DNA of 64,000 nucleotides from Antechinus flavipes (lineage: Eukaryota): contig NC_067399.1 of assembly GCF_016432865.1 (NCBI RefSeq), positions 569,594,001-569,658,000 of the forward strand, read 5' to 3'. The notes under the pieces are model-generated. The model worked only from the letters and a program-made list of their open reading frames with translations. It was not told the origin of the DNA and made no database searches. Made by a program: the position numbers and the translations under genes. Every line of letters starts with the position of its first letter. Position 1 is the first letter of the stretch. Shown here piece after piece: positions 51,801-63,339 of the stretch.

Positions 51801-54800
51801 CAGCAAAAAGCTGGGCTTGGTATGTCAATTGGGTTTGGATTCTTGGGTGGTAGGGAGGAACAAACCTTATAAAACAGTGTCTCTAACACATCTGTGTAAT
51901 AGTAAAATCTAAATTCTTTCAATCTTCTATACCTCAGAATGATAAAGAGCTAGTATGTGGGGTAGGGCACAGAATAGGGTTAAGAAGCAGGTTTTATTAT
52001 TTAGGGGCTTAGATGGAATAAGTAGGAATAGATGGAAATGGTAGGAAGAGGCTGTTGTTGGGGAGGTTTTAGGAAGAAAGATGTTTTGGTCAAAAAGCTT
52101 TGTGAATTGATATAAATTGCCTTAGTGCAATTAGGAAGTACTGCTCTAGAGCATTTTTCATTTAATAAGATATTTTCAGCCTTTATCATATCTCCCTATG
52201 TTATAGCTTTATTTTTAGCTTTACTTTAAGGATAAAATAATGACTAAGAGCACAAAAAACTTTAAATGATTCATTCAGGATTATTGATCAAGAAAGGGAT
52301 GGACCCAGAGGAAAAAAAGCATTTATAATGCTAGATCTCCAGTTAGTCTATTATTTAGTCACTGAGTCAATATGTCTTGATTTTGCCTTCTCTACTGGTT
52401 AAGAGCAAATATATTTTAAAGAATATGGGTACCCAGCAGGTATTTTGTAGCAACTGGCTATATTCCCCTTTCCACTTAAATTCTCCTGGGGAGGTTGAAT
52501 TTTGCCGAGGAATCCCTTTCCTAGTAAGCACAAAGGTAATGACTCTATACTCATACAGGCAGCATGGTATGATAGCTCACTCTGGAGTCAACAGGTCTGA
52601 GATCATATCCCACCTCTGACACTGTGTGACTGAGCCATAGTTTGCTCTTTTGTAAAATGAGGGTGTTGAACTTGATGACCTTTGGGTTCTCTTCTAGCTT
52701 TAGGACCATTATCTTAAGCAGTATCCAATTCCAAACATGTCATCATTACTACTTCTGTGAATCCCTGTAGTTGTGATATGGATACCAGTGAGAAAGAAAA
52801 ATAATACTGTCTGTAACAAAGTCAAGGACTAATCAATAGACAGTCTTTGCTAAATTCCAGTAATGGGATACAGTGTAGTTTTTAGGTAGCCCTGGCCTAG
52901 GTAGGGACATAGTCAAAGCTATGCACTAAGTTTTAGAAACTGACTAACTCTGGATTATGGGTTTCCTTCAGAATATTGCTCGATTTCTATCTTTGGTTAA
53001 TGATATGGCCCTCAGGGGATTTCAGAATAAATTTCTTTTCCTGGGGTCCCCAAACTGGCTGGGGGAGGCATGGGCTGATTTATCACTTGCCTGATGTGCC
53101 ACTACATGCCCAGTGTAGATTCCACGTGGGGACAGTGAGTATGACTTGAAAGTGCCACGGGACATGGCATATGTCTTCAGCGGAGCCTACATACCACTCA
53201 GCTGCCGCATCATTGAACAGGTGAGACCCTGTCCTTTCCACCCTTCTGTATTTTGATCTTAAAGCCATTTCTGATCCCTCTTGCTCTTTGTTCCTTTCAA
53301 GCTCCATACTGATCAGTTGGTTACTAGCAGAGACACAAAAGTCTTGAAGGTGAGATTTCTTCATTTTATTAACTGAAATCCAACCTCAAATCTCACTAGG
53401 TATTAGAGCGAAGAGGCTGGCTGGGCCTTGAAGAAGTTGTTCGGTTACTCAACAGCAATGAATTTGCAGTCACAGGTAAGGAGAACTTAGAAGTAGAAGG
53501 CAGACTGAATAGAGATGAAAGCCATAAATGTAGGGGACTGGGACATAATGAAACATTGAGACTGAGCTGCTTTGTCTCATAGACATGATACCTGAAGAAA
53601 ACGCTCCTAGTGACTCTCTGCGTCTTGTTCTTGTGGTTTTTCTGGGTGGATGCACTTTTTCTGAGATATCAGCCCTCCGGTTCTTGGGCAGAGAAAGAGG
53701 TAAGAGACTTCTTGAAATAAAAACAAATTTGATCAGTAGTTAAGAAAAGTCAGATCATTAAAAAAATATCCCTACCAAAAAACTTTAAATGATTCATTCA
53801 GGATTATTGATCAAGAAAGGGATGGACCCAGAGGAAAAAAAGCATTTATAATGCTAGATCTCCAGTTAGTCTATTATTTAGTCACTGAGTCAATATGTCT
53901 TGATTTTGCCTTCTCTACTGGTTAAGAGCAAATATATTTTAAAGAATATGGGTACCCAGCAGGTATTTTATAGCAACTGGCTATAGTCCCCTTTCCACTT
54001 AAATTCTCCTGGGGAGGTTGAATTTTGCCGAGGAATCCCTTTCCTAGTAAGCACAAAGGTAATGACTCTATACTCATACAGGCAGCATGGTATGATAGCT
54101 CACTCTGGAGTCAACAGGTCTGAGATCATATCCCACCTCTGACACTGTGTGACTGAGCCATAGTTTGCTCCTTTGTAAAATGAGGGTGTTGAACTTGATG
54201 ACCTTTGGGTTCTCTTCTAGCTTTAGGACCATCATCTTAAGCAGTATCCAATTCCAAACATGTCATCATTACTACTTCTGTGAATCCCTGTAGTTGTGAT
54301 ATGGATACCAGTGAGAAAGAAAAATAATACTGTCTGTAACAAAGTCAAGGACTAATCAATAGACAGTCTTTGCTAAATTCCAGTAATGGGATACAGTGTA
54401 GTTTTTAGGTAGCCCTGGCCTACGTAGGGACATAGTCAAAGCTATGCACTAAGTTTTAGAAACTGACTAACTCTGGATTATGGGTTTCCTTCAGAATATT
54501 GCTCGATTTCTATCTTTGGTTAATGATATGGCCCTCAGGGGATTTCAGAATAAATTTCTTTTCCTGGGGTCCCCAAACTGGCTGGGGGAGGCATGGGCTG
54601 ATTTATCACTTGCCTGATGTGCCACTACATGCCCAGTGTAGATTCCACGTGGGGACAGTGAGTATGACTTGAAAGTGCCACGGGACATGGCATATGTCTT
54701 CAGCGGAGCCTACATACCACTCAGCTGCCGCATCATTGAACAGGTGAGACCCTGTCCTTTCCACCCTTCTGTATTTTGATCTTAAAGCCATTTCTGATCC

Positions 54801-55691
54801 CTCTTGCTCTTTGTTCCTTTCAAGCTCCATACTGATCAGTTGGTTACTAGCAGAGACACAAAAGTCTTGAAGGTGAGATTTCTTCATTTTATTAACTGAA
54901 ATCCAACCTCAAATCTCACTAGGTATTAGAGCGAAGAGGCTGGCTGGCCTTGAAGAAGTTGTTCGGTTACTCAACAGCAATGAATTTGCAGTCACAGGTA
55001 AGGAGAACTTAGAAGTAGAAGGCAGACTGAATAGAGATGAAAGCCATAAATGTAGGGGACTGGGACATAATGAAACATTGAGACTGAGCTGCTTTGTCTC
55101 ATAGACATGATACCTGAAGAAAACGCTCCTAGTGACTCTCTGCGTCTTGTTCTTGTGGTTTTTCTGGGTGGATGCACTTTTTCTGAGATATCAGCCCTCC
55201 GGTTCTTGGGCAGAGAAAGAGGTAAGAGACTTCTTGAAATAAAAACAAATTTGATCAGTAGTTAAGAAAAGTCAGATCATTAAAAAAATATCCCTACCAA
55301 TATCCTTTGGGTATAATAGTATCATTTGAAGCCAGGGAATTATAAAGAAAAGAACTGAGGAAAAGAGAAAGATTATTTCCTTTAATCAGGTACATCAGGA
55401 AGACCTGTTTCAGTAAAAGTGGGGTGTAATTAAGGATGGATTGCTTTATCCCTGTACAAAACATTTTATCAAGGGATAGTATTTGTCATATGTTGAAAAA
55501 TAAATTGTCCACTATCTGATCCACATCTTTGAAGTTGAATGGCTTCTGTACCAACCTCTCAACAGCACTGCCTAGGTGCAAGCATGTTCCCCCCTGCTTT
55601 TGTCTCCTCAGGGTATAGATTCATTTTTTTGACAACAGCTGTGACAAATAGTGCTCGGCTTATGGAGGCCATGAGCGAGGTGAAGACGTGA
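38571..55691 (+). CDS. VPS33B: VPS33B (Sec1/Munc18 family, CHEVI complex), 23 coding exons, 617 aa using copy-A exons 20-22
   Basis: Exons 38571-38666, 39717-39797, 40045-40106, 41827-41876, 42093-42160, 42413-42458, 43457-43551, 43853-43957, 44386-44482, 44715-44792, 45883-45956, 46250-46336, 46724-46814, 47038-47112, 47371-47435, 47567-47621, 49950-49996, 50696-50828, 51746-51819, 53119-53220, 53400-53475, 53583-53699, 55612-55691; 1854 nt, in phase. [32 protein letters not shown]...[29 protein letters not shown] 55992-55997. Confidence 0.95.
40490..41131 (-). mobile_element. L1 3' fragment in VPS33B intron 3
   Basis: Antisense L1 tail: ATCAGCTTGTTCATC, CCATTCCCCAGATTTGGGCATCC, CTGCTGGGTCAAAGGG...ATAGCCCTTTGGGCATAG. 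Confidence 0.8.
42764..43229. mobile_element. hAT-Charlie-type DNA transposon remnant
   Basis: Termini CAGCAGTTCTCAAA ... TTTGAGAACTGCT; internal GCAGAAGCAGATATAAGAATTCAGCTGT...ATTAAAGAGATTTGCAAAAA resembles Charlie1/MER3-family sequence; TSD not evident. Confidence 0.7.
45010..45830 (-). mobile_element. Older L1 3' fragment
   Basis: Antisense L1 tail motifs (CACTTCACTTTGCATCAGTTCATGTAAATC, CCATTCCCC..., TTTCCAATTCTTGACCACCACAAAAAGAG). Confidence 0.7.
48777..48816. repeat. (TG)20 microsatellite within an L1 3' fragment
   Basis: Directly visible perfect dinucleotide run. Confidence 0.95.
49229..49404 (-). mobile_element. Short 5'-truncated L1 insertion with degenerate TSD
   Basis: T-rich tail then L1 3' UTR; flanks TGAAGTAGGAAATCC (49214-49228) and TGAAGGAGGAAATTC (49405-49419). 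Confidence 0.6.
52253..55300 (+). repeat. Head-to-tail tandem duplication, units 52253-53775 and 53776-55297
   Basis: Manual base-by-base comparison: 5 substitutions (52447/53970, 52463/53986, 52648/54171, 52710/54233, 52900/54423) and one 1-bp deletion in copy B; 3-bp CAA junction microhomology. Confidence 0.97.
54642..55221 (+). pseudogene. VPS33B: Duplicate VPS33B exons 20-22 (copy B), exon 21B frameshifted
   Basis: 20B 54642-54743, 21B 54923-54997 (75 nt vs 76; CTGGCC vs CTGGGCC), 22B 55105-55221; all splice sites intact. Confidence 0.85.
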
Positions 55692-56177
55692 AACCTCCCC
55701 TTTGGAGGTTGACACTTGAGACACTGCCATGAGGGTGTCCAGCAAATAGCGCCCTAAGGACAAGCAGAGCTTGAAAGATTTGAAGGATGAAGATGTTGAC
55801 CCCACCCAGGAGAATCCCACTTCTTAAGCCCAATGGAGATCTTCTCAGGACCCAGGCTCTAGCCTCAGCAGTGCTCTTTGAATTCTTCCCAGGATGTTTC
55901 CACCTCTGTGTGGTATATCCACGTATACCATACCCAGTATACTCAAGATCTGTGGAGGAAAGTGGTCCTTTGGCAAATAACTGTTCTTGTAAATAAATGT
56001 GCTTTCAATCACTCAATTGGCAAGCATTTATTAAGCGTCTACTGCGTGCCAGTCACTGCACTGGGCACCAGGAGCACAAATCCAAAAAATTGAAACAATC
56101 TCTACTTAAAAGGAGCTTAAATTTTTAAGAGGAAGACAGGGATCACATGTGTAAGTACATGCAGAATAGATATTTAA

Positions 56178-56395
56178 TAGGCAATGAGGAAACCAAACTA
56201 TCACTCTTTGCAGATGATATGATGGTATAACTAGAGAACCCCAGAGATTCTACTAAAAAGCTATTAGAAATAATTCATAATTTTAGCAAAGTAGCAGGAT
56301 ACAAAATAAATCCCCATAAATCCTCATAAATCCTCAGCATTTTTATACGTCACCAACAAAATTCAACAGCAAGAGATACAAAGAGAAATTCCATT
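56178..56395 (+). mobile_element. Internal L1 ORF2 reverse-transcriptase fragment flanked by 16-bp direct repeats
   Basis: Translates GNEETKLSLFADDMMV*LENP (RT FADD motif); flanks CAGAATAGATATTTAA (56162-56177) and CAGAATAGATACTTAA (56396-56411); no poly(A). Confidence 0.8.
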
Positions 56396-57179
56396 CAGAA
56401 TAGATACTTAAAAAATAGATCCGAGTAAAGTATTTAACAAAGTTGTTTAGGAGGGATCTCCATTAGCAATTAGAGGGAATCAAGAAAGGCTTCATGAAAG
56501 CAGTTTTTGAGTTGCTTCTTGAAGAAAGGGAAGGAGAGGATTGGATATTCCATGCTGAGGTGGGAAACAACCAGTGCAAAGATAAGAGGAGAGCATCAGG
56601 TGATAATTAGGGTAAAGGCCCAGTTCTGGAATGATAGGTTGAGATCAGATTGTTAAGGGTTTTATAAGCTAAACAGAGCAATTTGTTCTCCCTCAAAGAC
56701 CATAAGGAATCCTTAGTTTTGATTAAACAGAGTCTAACACAGTCAGATCTGCATTTGGCAGCAGGGTGCAGGGTGGGCGAGAGACTTGAGGCAGAGAGAC
56801 CAGTCAGGAGGCTGGTGCAGTCATTCTAACCATATGGAAGGGCAGGTCAAAGTGAAGCAGAACAACTAACAGGGATAATTTGATGGTGCATTACGGTACT
56901 GTTCACGCATTTTCAAGTTCATTCCACAACAATCCTCTTGGGAAGAAGTGCAGATTTTATTTTCCTGCATAACATGAGAGAACAGGCCATAGGGAAGTTA
57001 GAACTTGTAAATGGCAGAACTTTGTTTCAAAATTAGATTTTCTTTTTTATTTTAATTGTTTATTTCAAATATAGCAGATTCCAAGATGAACATTTTCATA
57101 TGGAAGAGAAGGAAAAGGATTTCATCTGAAACTGAATCTCTATTAAAGTATTTAACAAATTCAATCTATAACTTCCTTT

Positions 57180-57315
57180 TTTGGGGAGGAGGGGTGTCAG
57201 GTGACTTGCCCAGGCTCACACAGCTAGGAAGTGTTAAGTGTCTGAGGTCAGATTTGAACTCAGGTCCTCCTGACTTCTGGGCTGGTGCTCTATTGGCTGT
57301 GCCATCTACCTGCCC
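57180..57315 (-). mobile_element. WSINE1-like SINE
   Basis: GTGACTTGCCCAGGCTCACACAGCTAGGAAGTG...GATTTGAACTCAGGTCCTCCTGACT...; similar copy at about 61820-61946. Confidence 0.75.
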
Positions 57316-59386
57316 TGAATCTTATAACTTTCAAAGCTGTCCTGATTGTGATTCCTTCTTGCCTTCCCCTCAGATCCTCTAGATTCCTTCTAGTGTACTT
57401 TTCCTTTTATCCAAGTCCCCTTTTTATTATGCTAGACATTAACACAATGCTGTATCAATTCTGAAGCTGCTTTATGAGTATGGGTCATAACTAGAACAAG
57501 CTCTAGAAAAGAATCCCCTTGGGAAGAATTCGCTAGACTTTTGGACTGGGAAACAAATTTCAATTAAATTTGGCAAAGTAGAAGAGGCTAGAGAGAGAGA
57601 TTAGTTAACTAAGATAATACTGTTCATAGAACAACTAACTATATCAAATGCCAAATCATAATTATATTAAAGAAAATCAGGCTCATGTCCTCAAGAAATT
57701 TGTTGCCTGAAAATTCTTACAAGTTACTTTGAACTTGACAAACTGGATAAAATAATCATTTTCATCTATATTGTGGGATAGAAAGAGAATTGTACATGAA
57801 ACTCAATTTTTAAGTAGTGTTTGCTTTTCTAAGTATCAAATTCTTGGCCTGTTTGTGATTCCTTCTGCTCTTTGTTTATTGTAATAATGATTATTAACAT
57901 TATTTTAAGGATCTACCATATGCTGAGATGGAAATAGGGGAAGGTCTGAAGGCATAAAAAGGGAAAATTAGATTTGACTCTCAAGAGATTTCCTTTTCAA
58001 ATAGCATAATGACAAATTTTTTAAAATTTGATTTCTAAAAGTTAAATTTGATTTCTTCTTTCTATAATCAGTGGCATTCAATTCAGTACATTTTTCCTTC
58101 AGAACGTATATGGTTTTTGTTCTTTTTTATTCTCATCCTGGTTCAGGTTATTGTCTGAACCCTAAATTATTGAGAACCTCTCATATACTTCTGATCAACA
58201 TAAATTCAGTTTAGGACTTTTTTTCCTATCTTCTCACTACAAGTCACCCATTTTAACTGTAATACTGTCTTCTAAAGTGTAATGTTCTCTTGGAGCAGGT
58301 TTCTTGGGGGGCTTCTGGAAGCAATCTTAGTTTCAGTTCAGTAATCCCCCCAAATGCATCCAGGAGTTAAAGTCCAAATCCTTTATTGTCTCCTTCAAAG
58401 TCTTGTGTCCTTCCTTGGGCCCAGTTAGCTTTCTTAGAGGCCTATCTCTCTCCTTGGTTCCGAGAGCTCTTGCCACTAGTCCTTTGCCTCTACCAGCTTC
58501 AGCCTCCAGCCAGCACAAAGGTGAAAGATGGAATGAATCTGTCTCCTCCTCCGAGAACTTCTAATGCGCTTGTCCTTTCTGGCCCTAAGAGCTCTACACT
58601 GAGTATACACCAATCATGATATCACTAGGAAACCGTTATTTGTGGTAGGATTAAATCAATGCTAAACTAGATTTAACCACTGTCTTCTCAATTCCACTTA
58701 CTTTGCACCTTGTAAGAATCCTAACATTTAGCTTTTTGAGTTTTTGCTATTCCCCACCACAACTTGATATATCTTTCCCCCAACTCTCCAACTCTGCAAA
58801 CCCTACTCATCCTTCCAAGCCTAACTAAAGTCCTATCTATTCCATGTTTTTTTCCAGATATTCTGATTTATGATATTTAGTGTCTGCATTTAGAAATGGA
58901 AAATTTCCATTACTATTTATGCCATTGGAAAGAAAAACTTTGGGAGGAGAGAATGAAACTTTTTGGAGAAAGTTGAAATATATATTTATAAATAAATATA
59001 TTTTTGTATTCTTTATGGATCTATGTAAATTTTTATAGAAAATAAAAATGTTAATTTGGTTTGCTGTTTGACGTGCTCATAAAATTATGTTTCACATATT
59101 TAGAGATGTAAAATCTCCAAGAATTGTTTTGAAAAACTAGAAGTTACCAAAAAATAGTTCCTTCCCTTCGTTTTGAGGATATCTTTTTTTTTTTTGGTAG
59201 TCATGTCTCATTTCAATATAATTACTGACTAATCAGCACAAGTATCTCATGTATGAATGGATGAATATATGAGTATTTACTATTTGCTATGGGTGAAACA
59301 TTGTGCCAAGTCCTAAGGATACAAATAGATAACAAGACAGTCCCTGATCTCACTAAATTAATCTAGGAGACAACATAGGTGGTTTC

Positions 59387-59577
59387 TTTTTTTTTTTTTT
59401 TAATTTTATTTTATTTAATAATAACTTTGTATTGACAGAATCCATGCCAGGGTAATTTTTTTACAACATTATCCCTTGCACTCGCTTATGTTTCGTTTTT
59501 TCCCCTCCCTCCCTCTACCCCCCCCCAAGATGGCAAGCAGTCCTATATATGTTAAATATGTTGCAGTATATCCTAAT
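59387..59577 (-). mobile_element. Young 5'-truncated L1 with poly(A) and perfect 12-bp TSD
   Basis: TSD ATAGGTGGTTTC at 59375-59386 and 59578-59589; T-run tail; L1 3' UTR. Confidence 0.85.
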
Positions 59578-62493
59578 ATAGGTGGTTTCAACAAATAAAT
59601 TAAAGCCAGTGGTTCTTAATGTGCAGCAGCAAACCAAACTGTAATGTCTTTTCCATTAATTAAACCAAATATGTTTCTGACTTTGAAACACTGACAGTGT
59701 TGAGGATTTTGGTGGTGAGAATTTCATTTCTTTTCAGTAGCTAAAGCTGCTGAGGAAGAAGTTAGTACAATAGTATTTGGACAAGGCAGTTAGTTGCCAG
59801 ATGTAATATCCAGCAGAAGAAATGTTAGACTTGATCTGTACTCAAGGAGCTTAAAGTTGAATAACTGAAACAATACCATATGAAACACTTAGGGAACAAT
59901 TATGTGTGAACATTTACGGTACCAATTATAAATGGAGTAGGAATTCAGAGAAGAGAGAGACTAAAGTATATAAATGAAGGTTGAAGATTCAACAACTTAC
60001 AGGAATAATAACTAACGAATACATTAATTCATTAAAAACTTTATAAATCACCCAAAGTTGTACCATGTTTAAGTGTTTCCCCTAAGTCAAGCATGTGTTT
60101 ATTGACACCTATAATTATTCAAGATCATCACTATCATTTGTTTTTGCTATCTTTGCCTTCTCTTTGTATTCTCTCTTTTTCACTATAGTTTATAGAAGTC
60201 TTCAAGTTTTTCTGAAACCATCCTCATCGTCTTTTGTAACAGCAGAATAGTGTTCCATCATATTCATATCCTATAACTTGTTCAGCCATTCCCCAGTTGA
60301 AAATCCCGAGTTTTCAATTCTTTGCCACCACAAAAAGAGTTGCTATAATTTTTACACATGAGTACTTTTAAGAAAAATTTCCTAATAATTAGGGTATCCA
60401 AAAATGGAATTGAATGCCTGCATAGATGGTGGGTTTCTTCTCATTGGAAGTCTTAAAATAGAGGCTGAATGATCACTTGTTGGATATGTTATTGGAAAGA
60501 ACTTTTAGGCATGAATTAATTTAGATGGCCATTGAGGTCCTTGCCAACTCTAAAATTCTGTGTTTCTATGCTATGTATTATTTTGATTAGGCGTTTGCAT
60601 TTTAAATGTTTTATTCAAATTGTGGGATAAAAAAGGTAATTTTAGGCATCAGCAAATAGGTGAAAAGAAACTTTTGGACTGGGTAGCTTGTGAATTCATT
60701 GTAGAATTAGACTACTTCAGAAGGCAAGATCAGAGATCTATGGTTACAGGGAGTCAAGAGGAGGGAATTATCTTTTCCAACTTACTGATAAGCAGACACA
60801 CTACAAATAACAAATTGACCCAGTAAATTATAACTTGCTGTTGTTTAGTTATTTTTTAGTCATGTCTGATTTTTTTATGACGGCATTGGGATTTCCTTGC
60901 AATGGTATTAAGAGTTGCCAGTTCCTTCTCCAGCTCATTTTACAGATGAGGAAACTAAGGCCAACAGGATTAAGTGACACAGTCAATATGAGTCTAAGGC
61001 TGGATTTGAACTCAGTAAGAAGAATCTTCTTGATTAGGTCCAGTACTCTGTCCACTTCACTATCTAGGTATAAAAAAAATTTTCTATGAGCAAATGTAGT
61101 TGCCTGAATTTGTATGTTTAGCCTTTCCAAATGAAAGCATAAAGTTGAGTTGGTGAAAAAACATTCAATAAATGAATACTAAAGAACAATTTTGTGGTAT
61201 TTTAGGAATTTAGGTATTCTCAATACTATTCAACCCCTAAAAAGTTTTGTTATGATTATAGAGCAGCTGTATTTTGTCAAGGCTTGCCAACCTTTATCCT
61301 ATCAGGGACCAATTTAAATCATTTAGATCAAGTTAATTGTTCTTTCATGTGTGCTAAAGCAAAGTTGCAGGTTCCCTTAAAGTAAAACTTAGTAATTGAA
61401 AAAAATCAGAGTTTTCAAAAGCATCATACATTTCAGGTATTGCATGTTTCTTCAAACAATAAAGATGTACACGGACATATATTTTTACTACTTTTATCAT
61501 CTTTTTTGTTCAATTAAAAGCCTAAGGATATTTTGCTAGAGCAACTTAATTTTATGACTGGGTGACTAGAGCATTTTCTGAGGAAGCAACAGTATCTTTA
61601 TGTAATATATAATGTATAATATAACATTCATAGATCATATTAGAATTTATATAGAGTATAACATTTTATACAGTATGTAATTATATATAATTATTTAAAT
61701 ATATCAGACATGTTACATTATATATATACATATATATACCATTTTCTTGCATATCAGAATCAATCTACATACCAAATCTTATTTAGAACATGACTCCCCT
61801 TCCTTCCCCTCCTCCACAATTGGGGTTAAGTGACTTGCCCAGGGTCACACAGCTAGGAAGTATTAAATATCTTTGGCTAAATTTGAACTCAGGTCCTCCT
61901 GACTTCAAGGCCAGTGCTCTATCCACTGCACCACCTAGATACCCCAAACATGACATTTTTAAAAAATTATTTATTTATTTTAATACATATTGCTTTGTGA
62001 ATCATGTTGGGAGAGAAAAATCAGAATAAAAGGGAAAACTATGGGAGAGAAAAAAGTGAACATAGCATGTGTATGACATTTAAAAAATATATTTTTTTTT
62101 GTTTTTTAAAAAGTTTTATTTTTCCAGTTCCATGTAAATAATTAACATTTATTTCTTAAAAATTTTGAGTTCCAAATTTTCTCCCTGCCTTCCTTCCCTC
62201 ACCCTTCCCTAAGACAGTAAATAAGTTATATATGTGTAATCATGTAATACATATTTTCATGCTCATCATATTCTGAAAGAACAGAATACAAGGAAAAAAA
62301 AAAAAACACTGAAAGAAATACTTTGCTTCAATCTTCATTCAGTCTCCCTCAGCATTTTTCCTTTGGACAGAATTTTCTATCACGAGTCTTTTGGAATTGT
62401 CTTGGATCATTGTATTGCTGAGAAGAGTTAAGATGAACCACAGTTGATCGTTTGCACATTATTGGTGTTTCTGTTCAAAAAGATTTCTTGAGA

Positions 62494-62811
62494 TGGACAG
62501 AAGCAGCTACACCTAAAGAAAGAACACTGGGAAATGAATATAAACTGCTTGCATTTTTGTTTTTCTTCCGGGGTTATTGATACCTTCTGAATCCAATTCT
62601 CCCTGTGCAACAAGAAAACTGTTCGGTTCTGCACACATATATTGTATCTAGGATGTACTGTAACCTATTCAACATGTAAAGGACTGCTTATCATCTAGGG
62701 GAGGGGGTGGAAGGAGAGAGGGGAAAAATCAGAACAGAAAAGAGTGCAAGGGATAATGTTGTAAAAAATTACCCTGGCATGGATTCTGTCAATAAAAAGT
62801 TATTAAAAAAA
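62494..62811 (+). mobile_element. Young 5'-truncated L1 with poly(A) and 17-bp TSD, nested in an older antisense L1
   Basis: TSD AAAAAGATTTCTTGAGA at 62477-62493 and 62812-62828; tail GAGTGCAAGGGATAATGTTGTAAAAAATTACCCTGGCATGGATTCTGTCAATA shared with the 59.4 kb copy. Confidence 0.85.
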
Positions 62812-63339
62812 AAAAAGATTTCTTGAGAAAGTCCATCCATACAAGTTCCCTATATATGATTTTCAATACCATCATGTCAATAAAGATGGCTGGACTTCTG
62901 TTCTAAATTTAATAAGCAGGCCTTGTATAAAATTACTGTTATGTCAGCAAATGTCCGTTTTTGAGACAATGAAGAATGTATAGTTTTGGGAGTAAACTTC
63001 ACAGCACAAATTCTTGAAATGGGAAGATAATTCTCAGCCCATCAACAAATCAATTTTGTTAGGAGAATGAGTTGAGATAGAAATAAAAGAAATATTTTGA
63101 ATGCTGCTTTCAGATTAAAGAAGGATTTATTAAATGTCTATTACCCTACAGATGCTCTCCTGGGTTTGAAGACAAAAGCAGTCCCTGTTTATTCAGTGGT
63201 GGTGTTGGGGTGGAAAGAAGATAAGATACTGATTTCAAGGAGCAGTTTTTTAGCATTTGATTCTAATTGAACAATTTTGTTAATACTTTATAATTTCTCA
63301 TTGGACAAAAAGGATGGCATAACCTAGCTTCCGAAAATT

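Noticed and set aside
54642-55221. Copy-B deletion makes the duplicated unit 294 nt, suggesting a frame-restoring compensatory change
   Set aside because: A stop (54659-54661) is reached in exon 20B before the deletion, so no extended protein results.
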